Shown: in pieces, positions 11,705 to 25,000 of the stretch | Position numbering within the stretch: position 1 is the first letter of the stretch | Layout: each line of letters begins with the position of its first letter | Position numbers and translations under genes: made by a program | Notes under the pieces: generated by a model | The model's input: the letters and a program-made list of their open reading frames with translations, nothing else | Databases searched by the model: none | What the model was told of the DNA's origin: nothing | From: Pseudogymnoascus verrucosus | Lineage: Eukaryota | NCBI GenBank assembly: GCA_001662655.1 | Contig: KV460212.1 | Length of the DNA stretch: 64,000 nucleotides | Reading direction: 5' to 3' (one strand)

Positions 11705-13246
11705 ATGGAACCTCCGCACATCCTCAACCTCCCTGGAGACATCCTGTACAAAATATTCGCCCACTTCCAGTGCGACAAGATACACCGAGGCTTATTCGAT
11801 GAGTCCATGTATGATGACGACCCCCAAACCGTCAAGATCAAACTCCAAACCATCAAGGCCGCAAGGCTTGTGTGCCGCCTCTTCAACCTTTTTGCATCAC
11901 CACTTCTATGCTCTACTCTTCGAGTACGACTTGATCATGTCTCCCTTGACTTTGTAGATAAAGTTTCCGAGAGCCCTCACATTGCTGATGGCGTTTACAA
12001 CATTGAGATCGTGGTAGATTACTGCCCAAGAGAACTTGCCACAGATCTGTTGCGGTTTGGGAAGTTTCGAGTCGGGGAACTAGTAAATCGCATTCGTGGA
12101 TGCTGTGCATATACTATGTGGGAAATAGAAGTCAACGGTGAGGGCCATGAGGATAACCCCGACTATCCACACGAGGACTACCAGCAGACAATTGAGTACT
12201 GTGAAAAGTTACGTTCAGCATGGCTTCAGTATGTCAAAACTGCAGACAAGGGATCTATGGATGCTATAAGTCTTGAATTTCTACATCTTTTAATCCAAGG
12301 CCACCAAGAATATATCCAAAAGCATGAGGAGCAATTTCAACTAATTACCAATGGATCGTTTATCGAGAGGCTCATATCAGCAATGTCCCGAATGGCGCAC
12401 TGCAGCTCCGTCCACTTTATTGACGACGTAGATTATTATTCTATGCCAGAGAACGTCAGTCCACTTGCTTTTCGAGACGACGCACGGGAGCTCTCTCGAT
12501 TCATGACATCGCCGCTATCGTGGGATTATATTAACCACCTACAAGGAGGAGCTGAAATCCTGCCAGCAAAGTTACTCTGGGGGTTACCAATTGCCCTCTA
12601 TGAAGCCGGGTTAACACTACGAGCGATGCTCATTCGAACTTTTCCTCATCCGAACTGTTGCCCTGTGAGTTATCCGACAACATGGACCAACCTCTACGAT
12701 GCATGTCAACATCTCAACGTATTTATCTTAGAGCGAATGAACTTGAATAATTCAACTGGGCCATTTGATCCGACCCCAAGAAGAGAACAGGCTCTTATTG
12801 AGCAGTATATTGGGGCCGTACTCTCCAGTGAAGTTCTAGAAGTCATAAAACTCCGTTTCTTCGACTCCACCAGTACCACGGTCTCTTACCGCGTCGGTTT
12901 ACTCCCTAAAGCAATCAACTGGCCGCGCATTAAAAAGCTCACTATCGCACACATTTCGTTATCTCAGGAGGAGCTCGAGATTCTTTGCAGTGGGCTGGGC
13001 TATATGCTTGAAGATCTCTATTTATACAAAATAGATTTGCGAAGCGGGAACTGGGCAAATGCCCTAGACATGTTACGTCAAAGGGTCCCAAAGAATCTCC
13101 AGAGAATGAGACCTCCATATTTTTCTGAGCTCACTGGGGGGGAATTTGGGAAGGGAAACAGACATCTTGTTGAAGGGTCTCTGGATTATGTCTTTAGGGT
13201 CAAGTCCAAAAATCCAATAAGAGGTACAAGTCACAACGTGTTGTAA
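11705..13246 (+). CDS. Hypothetical 513-aa protein with F-box-like N-terminus, intronless
   Basis: Long ORF; ILNLPGDILYKIF...ARLVCRLFNLFASPLL resembles a fungal F-box; C-terminal LRR-like segments (WPRIKKLTI, LEDLYL). Confidence 0.65.
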   Translation: MEPPHILNLPGDILYKIFAHFQCDKIHRGLFDESMYDDDPQTVKIKLQTIKAARLVCRLFNLFASPLLCSTLRVRLDHVSLDFVDKVSESPHIADGVYNIEIVVDYCPRELATDLLRFGKFRVGELVNRIRGCCAYTMWEIEVNGEGHEDNPDYPHEDYQQTIEYCEKLRSAWLQYVKTADKGSMDAISLEFLHLLIQGHQEYIQKHEEQFQLITNGSFIERLISAMSRMAHCSSVHFIDDVDYYSMPENVSPLAFRDDARELSRFMTSPLSWDYINHLQGGAEILPAKLLWGLPIALYEAGLTLRAMLIRTFPHPNCCPVSYPTTWTNLYDACQHLNVFILERMNLNNSTGPFDPTPRREQALIEQYIGAVLSSEVLEVIKLRFFDSTSTTVSYRVGLLPKAINWPRIKKLTIAHISLSQEELEILCSGLGYMLEDLYLYKIDLRSGNWANALDMLRQRVPKNLQRMRPPYFSELTGGEFGKGNRHLVEGSLDYVFRVKSKNPIRGTSHNVL

Positions 13247-13579
13247 ACCATCAGATGGCGTGTGCCGGAGCATAAAGAGGTTATAGATGGCACATAGGGC
13301 TCAGTTTTCTTCGGAATGGGCGATTTCAGCAGCAACGATTATATCATTCAATTATACAAATACATGAAACCAACTAACTCATCAGTGTTCACATAGCCAT
13401 GCAACCCCTCAGAGGAAGCATTTAATACCGTCGAGTATGATGAGTGGCATGCGGATGAGGACCGCTAGACGTTGACACCTCGTGTAGTATTTTCTCAGTT
13501 GTATCTGCTCAGGCCCAAAGACTGAAGTGGAAATTGACCACGTCGAGATTCCAGTATCGCTCCAATAACCATGGAAATG

Positions 13580-15042
13580 TTACTCCAACACAGCCACTGT
13601 GGCATGATCCGACATAATGCGGTTTAAGCCGTCCCGCTGGATACACTGATCGAACTGGAAGCTCTTTGCTAATAGTTCTAGCTCGTCAAAGCTTTTATCT
13701 TTGAAGAGCTCTGCAAACTCCATCTGCAGCGAATCACTCAGAAATGTCTGCAGAATTGCGCGATCCAGATGCTTCTGCGTATTCCATGAAGTCGGATACA
13801 GATCTTTTGCTGTTGGTGACACCTTATCAACCCATTCAATCAATGGCTTCATCAGGTTATCCACTTCCTCGGAGGGATATTTTCCCCATGAGTCGAGCTG
13901 GAGCCTCTTCTTCTTCTCAAGGAACGGAGCAATAAGCTTGTTCCAAGGAGAATCCGGAGAGGTATGGACCATTCCCTGGAGGCCGATATCCTTGTACAGC
14001 CAGATGGTCCAAGAAATCTGCGCCTTATCGTAAATCTTCATCTGTTCGCCGAGGAGCTCATACCGTCCTTGGTTGATTTTCTCTGCTTCTGGCTCATACC
14101 GCGGGTTGGCGTACACTGGACCAAACTCGCCATTCCAAATTGCCGTCTTGTTTTCACGATGGAACTCCGTCTTTCTTGCATATTGCCTGGCAAGTATAGC
14201 CTTCTGCTCGTCTGTGCCAGTAAACGGGCGCCCGGTTGGAAAGCCCATCATACTATAATCGTGGAGCGCATAGACGCAATTCGGGAGAACCTCATCAAAT
14301 CCGCGGAACTCCATTGCGAACGTGTTTCCATCCAGCCAAAGAATGTGGTCTGGGTCTATTTTCCGGATTGCCTTCTCAATACGTTTGTAGAAGGCTGGGA
14401 GACGAACGTGCTGCGGGTCACACGGCTCATTAATGGGGTTATAACCGGCAATCCAGGGGTTTCCCTTGTATCGCTCGACGATTTGCTCCCAGAGCCATAC
14501 AGTGCGATCTTGGTGGTCCTTGTAGTCCCAAAATGCCGCGTACGGAGTAGCATTGTCAGAGTGCCATCCCGGGTTTTGACCACCTGGTAGCGTATGCATA
14601 TCCAGGATTGTATAAATGCCTTGTTTGGTGCACTTTCATATGTTAGTATCATTTATATATTGGGAGAAGGTTCACTGACAAGTTCGATGGCTCTGTCGAG
14701 ATGCTTGAACCCCTCCTCTTTTAACACTCTGGGATTCATGTCATCTTCGAAATGGCGGTAGTTGAACGGAATCCGAATACAATTCAGACCCAAGCTAGCA
14801 AAATACTTTGCATCACCTTCGGTGAAGAAGGCTTCGAGCCACTTGTCAAAGAAGAAATCGTATTTCTCCTTCCCCAAAACTTGGAGCATTGCTGCACGAT
14901 GTTGTGATTCGTGGCCAGGATATCCCGTGATGAAATTCTCCATGTTAAGCCATCCTCCCAATCCTGCTCCTCGTAAAATGACTGTCTTTCCATTTTCGTC
15001 GACCACATTGGTGTCTTTAACTTTAAGAATTCCGGTAGCCAT
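13580..15042 (-). CDS. Glycoside hydrolase family 5, no signal peptide; intron 14633-14679
   Basis: LRGAGLGGWLNMENFITGY, NCIRIPFNY, ILDMHTLPGGQN after splicing, catalytic YNPINEP and WNGEFG. Confidence 0.92.
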
Positions 15043-16148
15043 GATTACTGTAACAATTGAATATACGTTGTGTGGTGAAATTTGTAAACTATCCGCTATC
15101 GAAATTTGTCACACGGTAGAATTTGTATGGCAGCTGATTCCAGAGCGAGCAGTCAGTTTTATAAACATCCCCCTCATACAGAACATTCCCCGCATTCCCC
15201 AACTTACGCACGACTAGGCCGGGTAAACTCGAAAGTCCGTCTCTAACGCAGTCTGTGGGCCCGGTAAAATGCAGCTTTGCGACAAGCGCAGCTAGTTGCA
15301 AGTCGCATTACTAAACTTCCTTGGCGCCCAACGACTCGAGAGCTCCTTTCTATCAGGCGAATGACGTACCAAAGCAACAATTCTGAACTACAGTGTGCAA
15401 TTAAGACTTGGATTACGATTTTAATATAAGGTGCAATTCTTGGTTGTAATATTATCTATCACTATAACTCTCTCGTCTATAAGAATTAAGTTATAATAAA
15501 TATTAGCATACCCATATTTTATTCTCATGAATCCACAATCATGATAACTTTATAAAGCCGTTCATATTGCCGCCAATCAGCACCTTCTTAGTCCAGCAAA
15601 GTGAGCAGTCCACTCTTCGTTCACATCCTACAATATTAGGTTAGCCAATATATCGTCACGTCGGATCCAAACCAAAGACGCCAAGAATCAAATGGCCAGC
15701 TCTTACCTCAGAAGATACCTCTTCGGGAGTCAGACATGGCTGCCAGAGAGTATGAGTAGAAGGCATGGCCAGCAAAGTGATGCGCAACTTCAACAGCTGT
15801 TTTGTTCATGAGCACTTGTGAGACAACGACGAGAGGCATAACTGACTAATTAATCGTGGAAAACAATAGTGCTGAGGCATGAGCAAGATCAGGGTTGGGA
15901 CCGGAAGTACTGCCTATTATACGCTCACACGTCGTTGGCTATGGATGTTTGAATGCAATTATCGGCTCTCAGTAAGTCAGAGATATTTTTTGGAGTTGAA
16001 GGGCACCAGCATATCCCCCCCTCACTTTGTGTGACACAGATCTCTGTAGGACAATATTATTCAGCGGTTGCATTGTGCAACCATGCTCTGCAACACCAGC
16101 TCTGAACGAATCAAAACCCCAGCGACTGTAGCAGCAATAGTTTATTAT

Positions 16149-18500
16149 CTAAGTCTTCATCCACTCGTTATCATTATTAACAGAGTATATGGAAGCAGTC
16201 TGCTTGAGAACGACATCCTTCATATACCCCTCAAAGCCGCGTCCGATCGTGCCAAATGGGGCCTCTATGGCAATAACAGCCGGCTTTAGTCCGTTCGCAA
16301 GCAATCCGAGTATAGTCTGAATCTCCGTCGTCGAGGCTTCTCCTCCCTCGGACTTGACGGTCAGGAACGTCTGCGTTCCAGCGCCAATCAGGCTGACCTC
16401 CGTCCATGAGCCGACTGGGAACGAGTAATCGACTGAATACGCCTCTCCTCCGGTACTGAGAATCACCTGCTTCGAATCGCCATTCCCGGTAGTGAGAATC
16501 GAGTCTCTGCCAGTGACGAGAGCACCAGACTTGTCGCTGGTGGGTTTAATAGAGAAAGAGAGGGTGTAGTTCCTGCCCTTGCTCTGGAGTGGGGTCTCAA
16601 TGTAGCAGTTCCCGTCGAATTTGACCTCGGAATTAGAGATCGAACATCCATAGAGGGTAGCATGATACACATTCCCTGAGTAGTCGTTGATTTTCCCAAG
16701 GTTCTTGGGATGAGAATCAAACTTGTAGTGGGCAACCGTATCCGATCGGGAAGGAATGTTACGGTCGAGGTTCTGCGCTGGAATGGCGGCATGGATCATG
16801 TCGAAAACACCCTCGTACTCTTCAAGAGTGAGGTCTCCGCCCCACTGCTTATCAGCAAGACCGGGAAGTGCATCTCTCCATGCGTAATATGCCTCTGAGA
16901 CGGTGGTAGCGTTGGGCCCCAAATCGTTCCACTGGGCCGCAATGTGACCTAGAACTCCAGGGTGGTCCCGCGGAGGGTTATTTGTTGCGTCTCTTGAATC
17001 GAAGATATTTGGTGCATACGCTCCACCAGCAGGATTTCCAGCGAAGGCGCGAGTCAGATTGAGAGACCTAGGATAGCTGTTTACTGCAGACTTTCCTACT
17101 ATATAGAATGCATCATCTGAGTTGACCATGTTAAACCCCTTGTTAAGGTAGTCGGGTAGTGCGTTGTCCATCCCGCCAGTCCAGTGCTGAATTGTAACAT
17201 CTTTATTAATATCAGTTTGGCCGGGCTCTCGTGGGAAGGTACCCCAACTGAACATCTTGCGGGGTGGCGACTGTGCAGACATGAATTTATACATATTGTT
17301 GACAAAATCGATGTAGACATCAATAAAGCCCGAGTCATATTCGTCGGCTCCGATATGCACCGTGTCAGAGTAAAACCAAGGAAGGAATGTCTCCCAGATA
17401 GATTGCACAGCAGGGAGTGTCTCGGGATGGCTCAGGTTAAGCATGCTGATGTCGTGATCAAGGGCTAGCTGGGGCTTCCACTGAGTGATTGCGAGGGCGT
17501 GACCTGGCGTCTCGAGTTCAGGAAAGACAGTGACACCTCGCGCTGCACACTTTTCCTGAATATCGTCAAATACCGCGCGCGTGTAGGACTCATTTGCGGG
17601 CGAGCTAAGGTCGGCAAGCGCAGGGTTGTCAGACGGCAGGCGGAAGCCATGGTATACGTTGTTGCCGAATTCTTCACTGTGCTTAGTAAAATCAACAGGG
17701 AGGTTGTCAGATAGATGGAGTTGAAAGGTATTATGCTTAAAGAATGATAAATGCGAGCACATATCGACCAAAAATTCTGGTGTATAGTAGTGGCGGGCGA
17801 TGTCAAGCCGTGGATTCTTAGTGTAAGGTAGGTTATGAACTTCTGTGAACGTACCATCACTCCCCGAGTCCCCCACCCTGGGCTATCAACACCGGTTCCA
17901 TACGGGATCTTATTGTCGCCAACAGCGGCCGCTTGGAGGACAGAGCGAGTTCCCCACCAAGTCCCGAGAGGAGATGCTCCAGCAATAGTAATTCCCTCTT
18001 TTGTTACCGAGAGAGAATACTCTTCAGAAGAAGGACGTCCAGCAACATCACTGAACTTGGTATCAGAATCAATTGTCAAAAAGATCGAGCCCTTTTTAGG
18101 TTTTGTCGCCATATTCCAGAGTAACATGGCTACCAAGAGCGGGTTGAAGATCTCCCTCAAAAGTTTTGGCGAATTCGGCGAGTGTTGGGGGATGAGCGTG
18201 CGCCCGTTTTTGTTGACAGTAGATGCAAACCGCTTGCCAACAATGACCTTACGGACACTGTTGAGAGGGAGTTTCTCCCCTGTAGAAGCCTCCTCAAATG
18301 GAGTCGATGGGATAGTCAGAAGCCGCCCATAGCCTAATTTACGTCGTCAGCCAGCTGAAAGTCTCATAATATGTGCACATCCACGACATGAATAAGGCTT
18401 CATATTGGAGACGCTATTGTAGGGAAAGAAAATGCATACTGGAGGAGGTTAACGATAAGACGGCCACCTTGAGGAGGCCATCTCTAGTAAAAAGATGCAT
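16149..18500 (-). CDS. Glycoside hydrolase family 20 (beta-N-acetylhexosaminidase-like), secreted; carries apparent lesions (see findings)
   Basis: Signal-peptide-like exon 1 (ATG 18500, GTATGC donor 18439); EEYSLSV, GTWWGTRSVLQ, RGVM|LDIARHYY, LHLSDN, PELETPGHA and catalytic HIGADE motifs. Confidence 0.85.
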
Positions 18501-19902
18501 GGTTGGAGATGATGGGAACGACTTGCTCAGCAGTGCATGTTCTAGGCCATTGGATCAAAGTGCTGACATGAAATAGCTAGGCTTTATGGTTCTTAAGCGT
18601 GCGCGCTGGGCCACGAAGATGCAATTATCTCCATTGGCCCAGAATGCAACGTTGGCAGAAGAGCTGTGCTTGCTCCATGATGGTTTTAACAAGCTCTGGA
18701 GAAAATCAACATGAGCCTAGTAACTAGCACTTGCATCTTCACGAACGATCGTCTTCTTGCGTGCCCTATATCTATAACTTCTGCGGCATCTGTTCCGGGG
18801 TACAGTAGCTAAAGCTACGAGAGTGGCTGAAGGGTGGTTCAACTCCACCATCGGGGCTCCCAGTGGCCAAAGCACCTCTTCTACGTACACAGGAATCAAA
18901 AACGACTACAATGCTTCTAGTAGCTAAAGATCATGCGGGGCCAGAGTCAGTGTCAGTGCCAGGTGGTGGTCAACTCACATTCCTGTCGTGGTAATAAAAC
19001 GCAGTGGGAAATCGGGGATATTCACCATTGTCCACTTTTCACGAGAGATAACCAGTTGCAACCGAACCATCCCCAACCCCACACTACTCTCCGACGCAGA
19101 AGACAAGATCGACAAGCTTGGGAGAAACTTCAGCCGAACTCGCTATAAACCCCCACCCGCCGTCGTACACAAGCAGTAACTGAGCTGCAAGAGTTGTGAT
19201 AATAGGGTTAGTGTTGCCAGCTAACGACGCCTGCCCAACGATGCTACCGCGCGACTACAGCCGAGTCGTTTACTCCGCACTTCATTAATCATTGCAACGT
19301 TGTTGAAGAACTGCAACGGAAAGACGGACGGGATGGAATTTGGAGCTGTTAGTGGCAGGAGATACGACATGATATCATGGCCGAGATCCTCTGTGCAACA
19401 GATTTCATTTTGCCCAGGTCGAGACTGTTCGTCTATCGTCCGGGTGTTTGGGATAGTAGGCCCGAAGAATTTCAGTTTGAATAAACGCTGTCATCCTGTA
19501 TGGCAACAGCAATAGAATGTCCACGCTTTATTAATTAATTCTACTGCTATTTGTTTTGTAAGAAATGGCAGGCACCATTTCCCTGTGCCAGCATCATCCG
19601 TTCGTCAGATTAGCATATCGTATTCCCTGAGCCTCCCCGTCCATAATCCCGTTTCAATGATCGCTAGCAAAAAACCTCCTCTAAACTCCTCGCTGTTTCT
19701 TTTTTCAAGAATGAAAACCGCCGCCCGTATCCACCATGCGCTATCGCCCTAAAATCAGGCAGATCAAAGAAAAGCTTCGCGCCGTCCCGTTTGCACGGGA
19801 CCACAATCTATAAAGATATGTACAGATCCTCCTCCTTTGACACACCCGACTCCGATCTCCCCGTCCGATACCCTTCCGGGGAGTTTCGCGCGAGCCGACA
19901 CA

Positions 19903-20560
19903 TTACTCGCTGATCTGATCCAATACTTCTTGATCGATCATCGCTGTAGAGAAAACAAGTTTAGCTTTAGTCCATTGTATCGAGGAACATGGGCCTAGCT
20001 CCGACTTCTCTTGCGTAACCAATAAGGAATGTCCGGAGGAAAAACCACTCTAAGAAAATAGGAAAATACTCACTTATATCTTCATTTGCCTCAGCCTCCT
20101 CCGAAACACTCACGACCCTGCTCACAAGCTCTACTCCAACAATCGCCCCCTCAGCGTTCGCTTCCACCCTTCCAATCCCATTCTGCATGCCACCAGCATT
20201 GGCTCCACCTTCGCTCATCCTCAGCACAATAACTCGAATCCTCCAATTCCCAACCCTCTCGATCCTCAGATTGCGAAACACGAAACCCACTCCCGAGCCG
20301 TCACTGAGGGTCGTGGCAGGGACCGCGAGGGTGCCAGTGAGGTCATCGCCGCTTACTCCCGATATATCCGCGATAGCGGACTCAATGCTTGCGGGGACGA
20401 GCGACGCGACGGCCATGAGGTTATTCGCAGTCAGGGAGGGATCGGGGGTGGGGGTCTCGCGGAGGATGAAGGTAGGTGGCGGGACGAGGGGGATAGATGG
20501 AGGCGTAGTGGGCGGTGGTTGGATGGTGAAGCTGTAGAGGTGTGGTGGAGTCTGAGACAT
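19903..20560 (-). CDS. Small stand-alone velvet-domain-like protein; intron 19944-20073
   Basis: IQPP...LVPPP, AVASLV, LTGTL...GFVFRNLRIERVGNWRIRV resembles the velvet-fold pattern; GTGAGT...CTACAG intron gives terminal exon TMIDQEVLDQISE*. Confidence 0.6.
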
Positions 20561-22046
20561 TGCGGCTGGTGGGCTTGCGCGTTTGGATGAGGTGATAGAC
20601 CTGTCTCCTAGTAGCTTCGGGGGGCGGGATCCTATTTCCGGGTTCCGGTGCGGTGGCTTCTTTCAGATAGTGAGGGTGCGTGTCTCAGGTCTCTTTTGAG
20701 TCCGGGTCCTAGCGCGTGAGGCGTCTTGAATCGGCGGTGGCAGAACAGATAAGGTGTGGAAGCTTTTTGACGTTGAGAAGGATTTCTTCGCGGGTCCAAG
20801 CAGACGTCTGATCTCTCCTAAAGCTTCCGTCGTGCGTCAAAGTGCTCAGTTGGATGGATATTATGTCTGTGGCAGGTTGACGACGATGTGAAGCCTCGAC
20901 TAAAACCGAAGGAAGGGCGATGTGTACGGAAGGTGCAAACAATATGGTCAATGCATAAAGAGGAAGGAACGAACGAACATATATACAAAACTCTGCGCCC
21001 AGGCTCACCAAGAGAGCCAACAAATGGTCCTAAGCGGAAGAGGTCGATATCAGCTACGTGACTTTATAATATAGAACCTGTCTCGGCGACGTGGAAGAAA
21101 GGGAAGTGAGGCGTCAGCTTGGGCATGGTCACAACGGTGCGGGATACCACCCCCAATCACGCCCAATCCCAATAGACCGGTGATGGGAGTATTGGGGGCG
21201 ATGGGAGTTATGGGGGTAATTGGGGGGTGATGGGGGCGGCGCGACATCGGGAGCTCAAAAGTGCCAGAGAACGGACGGAGGGTATTGCATAAGAGCATGC
21301 ACGATCGCCGATCGACGATGAGGTATGCGGGATCAGCAGCATGGACCAGGGATACCATGTTCTGCTCATTACCACCACACGGCCGCCCTACCAATCAGTG
21401 CGTCAACACGGCGCGAGACAAGGCTTGGGCTCAGCCTTCCCGGGGTCATGAGGTGGAACATTTCAACAAAATTAAACGGGTCCCAGCTCCCAGCTGTACC
21501 AAATTACCGATGGGATGGGGCGGGATGGGGTTACATGGTGCCATATTGTAGCTTACCATACGGAGTATTTTATCGTATTGTACGAATTATACTGCATATA
21601 CTGGACTGTAGTGGGCCAGTTGGGGGTGCAAAGTGGATGGTGGGAATTGCCAAGGTCCGGTAATCTTGGGGGCTGTTCTCCGCTCTCCTTAATTATGACA
21701 GGCACGGCTTACACACATCGAGCCCCTTTACTTCTTAGACAGCCTTGCACTTGACAGCTGAAGAACCCAGTCGGACACTCCCCAATCCATCCTGTTGGAG
21801 TCGAGAAGCCAGTCGGATCTTTCCCATTGCATCACTGTCTTGCTCCAAGTACACTTTATCCAACAATAGCTATTCCAAATATACTAAACAGACGCGCAGT
21901 CGCTGTGGCACGGCAAACCCCATCGTGTGCAAAACTTACTCTATACTCTATCCCAAAACCAAAACACCAGGTAAAACCAATATGTACAGCTCTGAAAGAC
22001 AAAAAGAATCTCACCCGGAACGGCCACTTTCCGGAACCACCTTACT

Positions 22047-25000
22047 TTACAACGAGTTCGATGATGAATGGCTCGATACCTTCGTCAACGGCGCCCCGGC
22101 CTCATCATCTTCGATCGCCTCCTCGGGCACTTCCGTCGAAGGCAAGACCCTGCCTAGCACTCCACTTCCCTCCTCCGGTTCACCCTCCTCGCTCACACTC
22201 TCCACCGCCAAACCCCCCAGCGTCTCCGCAACCTCCATCGCAATACTCCCTTCTCTTCCAATGCTTCTTGTTCTTCCAGTGCTGCCCAGACTCTCCATGC
22301 TCCCTTCTCTCCCCATGCTCCGTTCTCTCCCCATGCTCCCCTCCGTCCCCGAGCTCTCTTCCCGCCACAGATTAGGCCCCCCCTCGCTCCCGCTTACTGC
22401 CGGTGCACTGCTTCTATCCATCACCAGCCTGTCCACCGCCAAAGTCGGGCTGGACGGCAAATAAACCCCCTCCAGAACCCTATCCACGACCCTCTCCACA
22501 ACCCTCATTCCGCTTCTATCTTCAGCCACCTCGTCAGCCGCAACCGCCTCACTCGTCAAATCTCCTGATAGCGTTGGTGTAGCAGTACCTGAAGTTGCCT
22601 CTGTGCTCCTCCCCGACGTCTCACCACTGAAGATGCTCGGCGTAGCAGGTGATGGAGTGTCCGAACTGGCCCTAGATCTACTACGCAGATTATAACGAGG
22701 GGGATCAGGGACACGAGAAGCAAACACGCCTCTCTCCAGGTCCTCAACCTCCCGACCACGTCTTGCCGCGTTCTCTGCCTCTAAGGCCTCTTCATCAATC
22801 AGAATCTCCATTCTAAGCACACTAGGTGCCCGCGTAGGCCGATAACGCATTTCCAAATCTGCCATCCGAGGGTTCGTCCTCACAACTATAATACCAATGT
22901 TAGGATCCCTAAATCTTTCTTCAGAAGGCCCAAGCAAATCTGCCAATGCATGTGCACTGTTTCGGATCTGCTCTCGCGACATTTGAGGCGGTTCGGGCGT
23001 ACTGGCACGCGCGGGAGCCAGTGAAGTGACATTGGCGTCGCTGTCCCCACCCGACGAAGACCGCCTCGCAGCCCGGGATAATCTCTCGGGGCTTGGGAAC
23101 ATGTCGTCAGCAGACCAGAGATTACCCTTATATTGTGAGCCTTCTGAGACTGCCATGGACCGTTTGCGAAGTCGTCGTGAGGGCGGCGGGGGCATGCTCT
23201 CTCTATCCGCCAAGAACCACTCAGCAGGCGTCGGAAGGTCTGGGCTATCGTCAACTACTTCGACGTGCTCTGTCATCTGGCCTTCTTCCCCTACAGTTGG
23301 AAGTGTATCTTCCGCTGAGCAGCGTGGCACCGGAGGCTCCGTGCCTTCTGAGATTGTGGTGGACCGAGGGCGTGGCTCTGAATCGGATAATGGCATGGGA
23401 ACAGGCGCATCAATCTCCGGATCAGACCAACGCCTATATCCCGGAGCGCCATCCAACGGATTGCGGATAAGCCTCCCATCTCGCTGCAATATCCATGTTG
23501 AAGGCGATTCTCGTTCTGAAGCATCTAGAAATGGTGAGTCGCGGATAGACTGTCTCTTGGCTGGGCGTCTCTTTAGGGATGACTTATTGGGAGCTGGTCT
23601 CTTACGGCTGGGTCCTGGACCAAGATTTTCTTGGGCTGAATTTTCCTCAGCCATAGCATTTTGAGTGGTAGTCTCCTCACGCGTGGCCTCTTTAGGTGCA
23701 GACTTTTCAGACTTGGTATCTTCAGGCGCAGCCTCTTTCTTTGCAGGTGTTTCAGCCGTGGCATCTTCAAGCGCGGCCTCTTTCGGTGCAGACTTTCCAG
23801 ACGTGGTATCTTCAGGCGCAGTCTCTTTAGGTGTGGATTTTTCAGAGATCAAATCTTCAGGCGCGGCCTCTTTAGGTGCAGGTGTTTCAGCCGTGGCATC
23901 TTCAGGCGCGGCCTCTTTCGCTGCAGACTTTTCAGACGTGGCATCTTCCGGTGTAGCCTCTACTGAAGTGCTCTCTTTGGGGGCTGATTCAGAAATGGGA
24001 GTTTCTTCAAGATCAAGGTCTGGAGTAGTTGCATCCCGGACAATCGCAGCTGGGGCGATGAGTGCCTGGGCGATGGACTCTTCCGCAGTAGTCTCTTGAG
24101 AAGTGGCCTCGAGTTTGCGTATCTCTTCGGGGACCCCTTCTTGAGCTGTCTCTTGTAATATGTTGTCCTCTTGTTCTGCTAGGTCGGATACTGCCTCCTC
24201 AGTGGATTTGACAGTGGGGTAGCTGTCTTGCAGTGGCATAGCCTCATCAAAATCACTTGTCGGGGCGTTTTCAGTAACCACACTTGGCCCTGGGCTATCA
24301 TCAATCGACTTTAACGCGGCCTCTCCTGCTTTACCCCCCATCCTGGTGGTATTTTGCTCCGCCATTGCGGCTCGCCATTCTGCAAGCCGTATTTTGGCCA
24401 GCCTTGACTTCTCCTGCTTACGCCTCTCTCCGGCGTCTTCCTTGTCTGGCGACCGTGGAGCCAGACCAGGAGCCCCGTCATCGTTGCGCCCAGTAGGCGA
24501 TTTCTCGTAGGCGCTATTAAAACTCTCGTTCCCTGTGTTGTTTTCCGGTGCAGCGAGATTGCCGCTGTCCACCAGCGACTGGAACATGGTCTCTCCCGCC
24601 TCATCTCCCATCTTGGAAGTATCTCGCCCCGCCCTTGCCGCGCGGAACTTCGCAATTCGTATTCTTGCTAGCCTCGCCTTCTCCTGCTTAAGCTCGGCTT
24701 CCTTCTTTCTCTGATCATCCAGTCGATTCATCATCTTGCCAGCCAACATAAATGCTGGCTCGTAAACCCTCTCTGATTCGTGGCTTGGTTCTTTCGTATT
24801 GAGGCTAATTGATGGGAGCTTCTCACTCATAATCCGCGCTTTAAAAGTCAGTGCGCCAATTTCCGCTGCCCATTTCCTGCGATGCCGCTCGATAATTGTG
24901 CAATGCTCTAAAGTCTCTATTGTCTCGAGTTCCTGCTGCTTTCGCGACTTCTCTTGGCGTTCGTGCTCAGAGCCGCTCTCACCACTCTCATCAAAGTCAT

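Noticed and set aside
13964..14590. 208-aa + strand ORF and similar antisense ORFs over GH5, GH20, UBP12 and TIM23
   Set aside because: Shadow ORFs opposite well-supported genes.
21745..22464. 239-aa + strand ORF
   Set aside because: Mostly the antisense shadow of the 1238-aa gene's low-complexity C-terminus; no domain.
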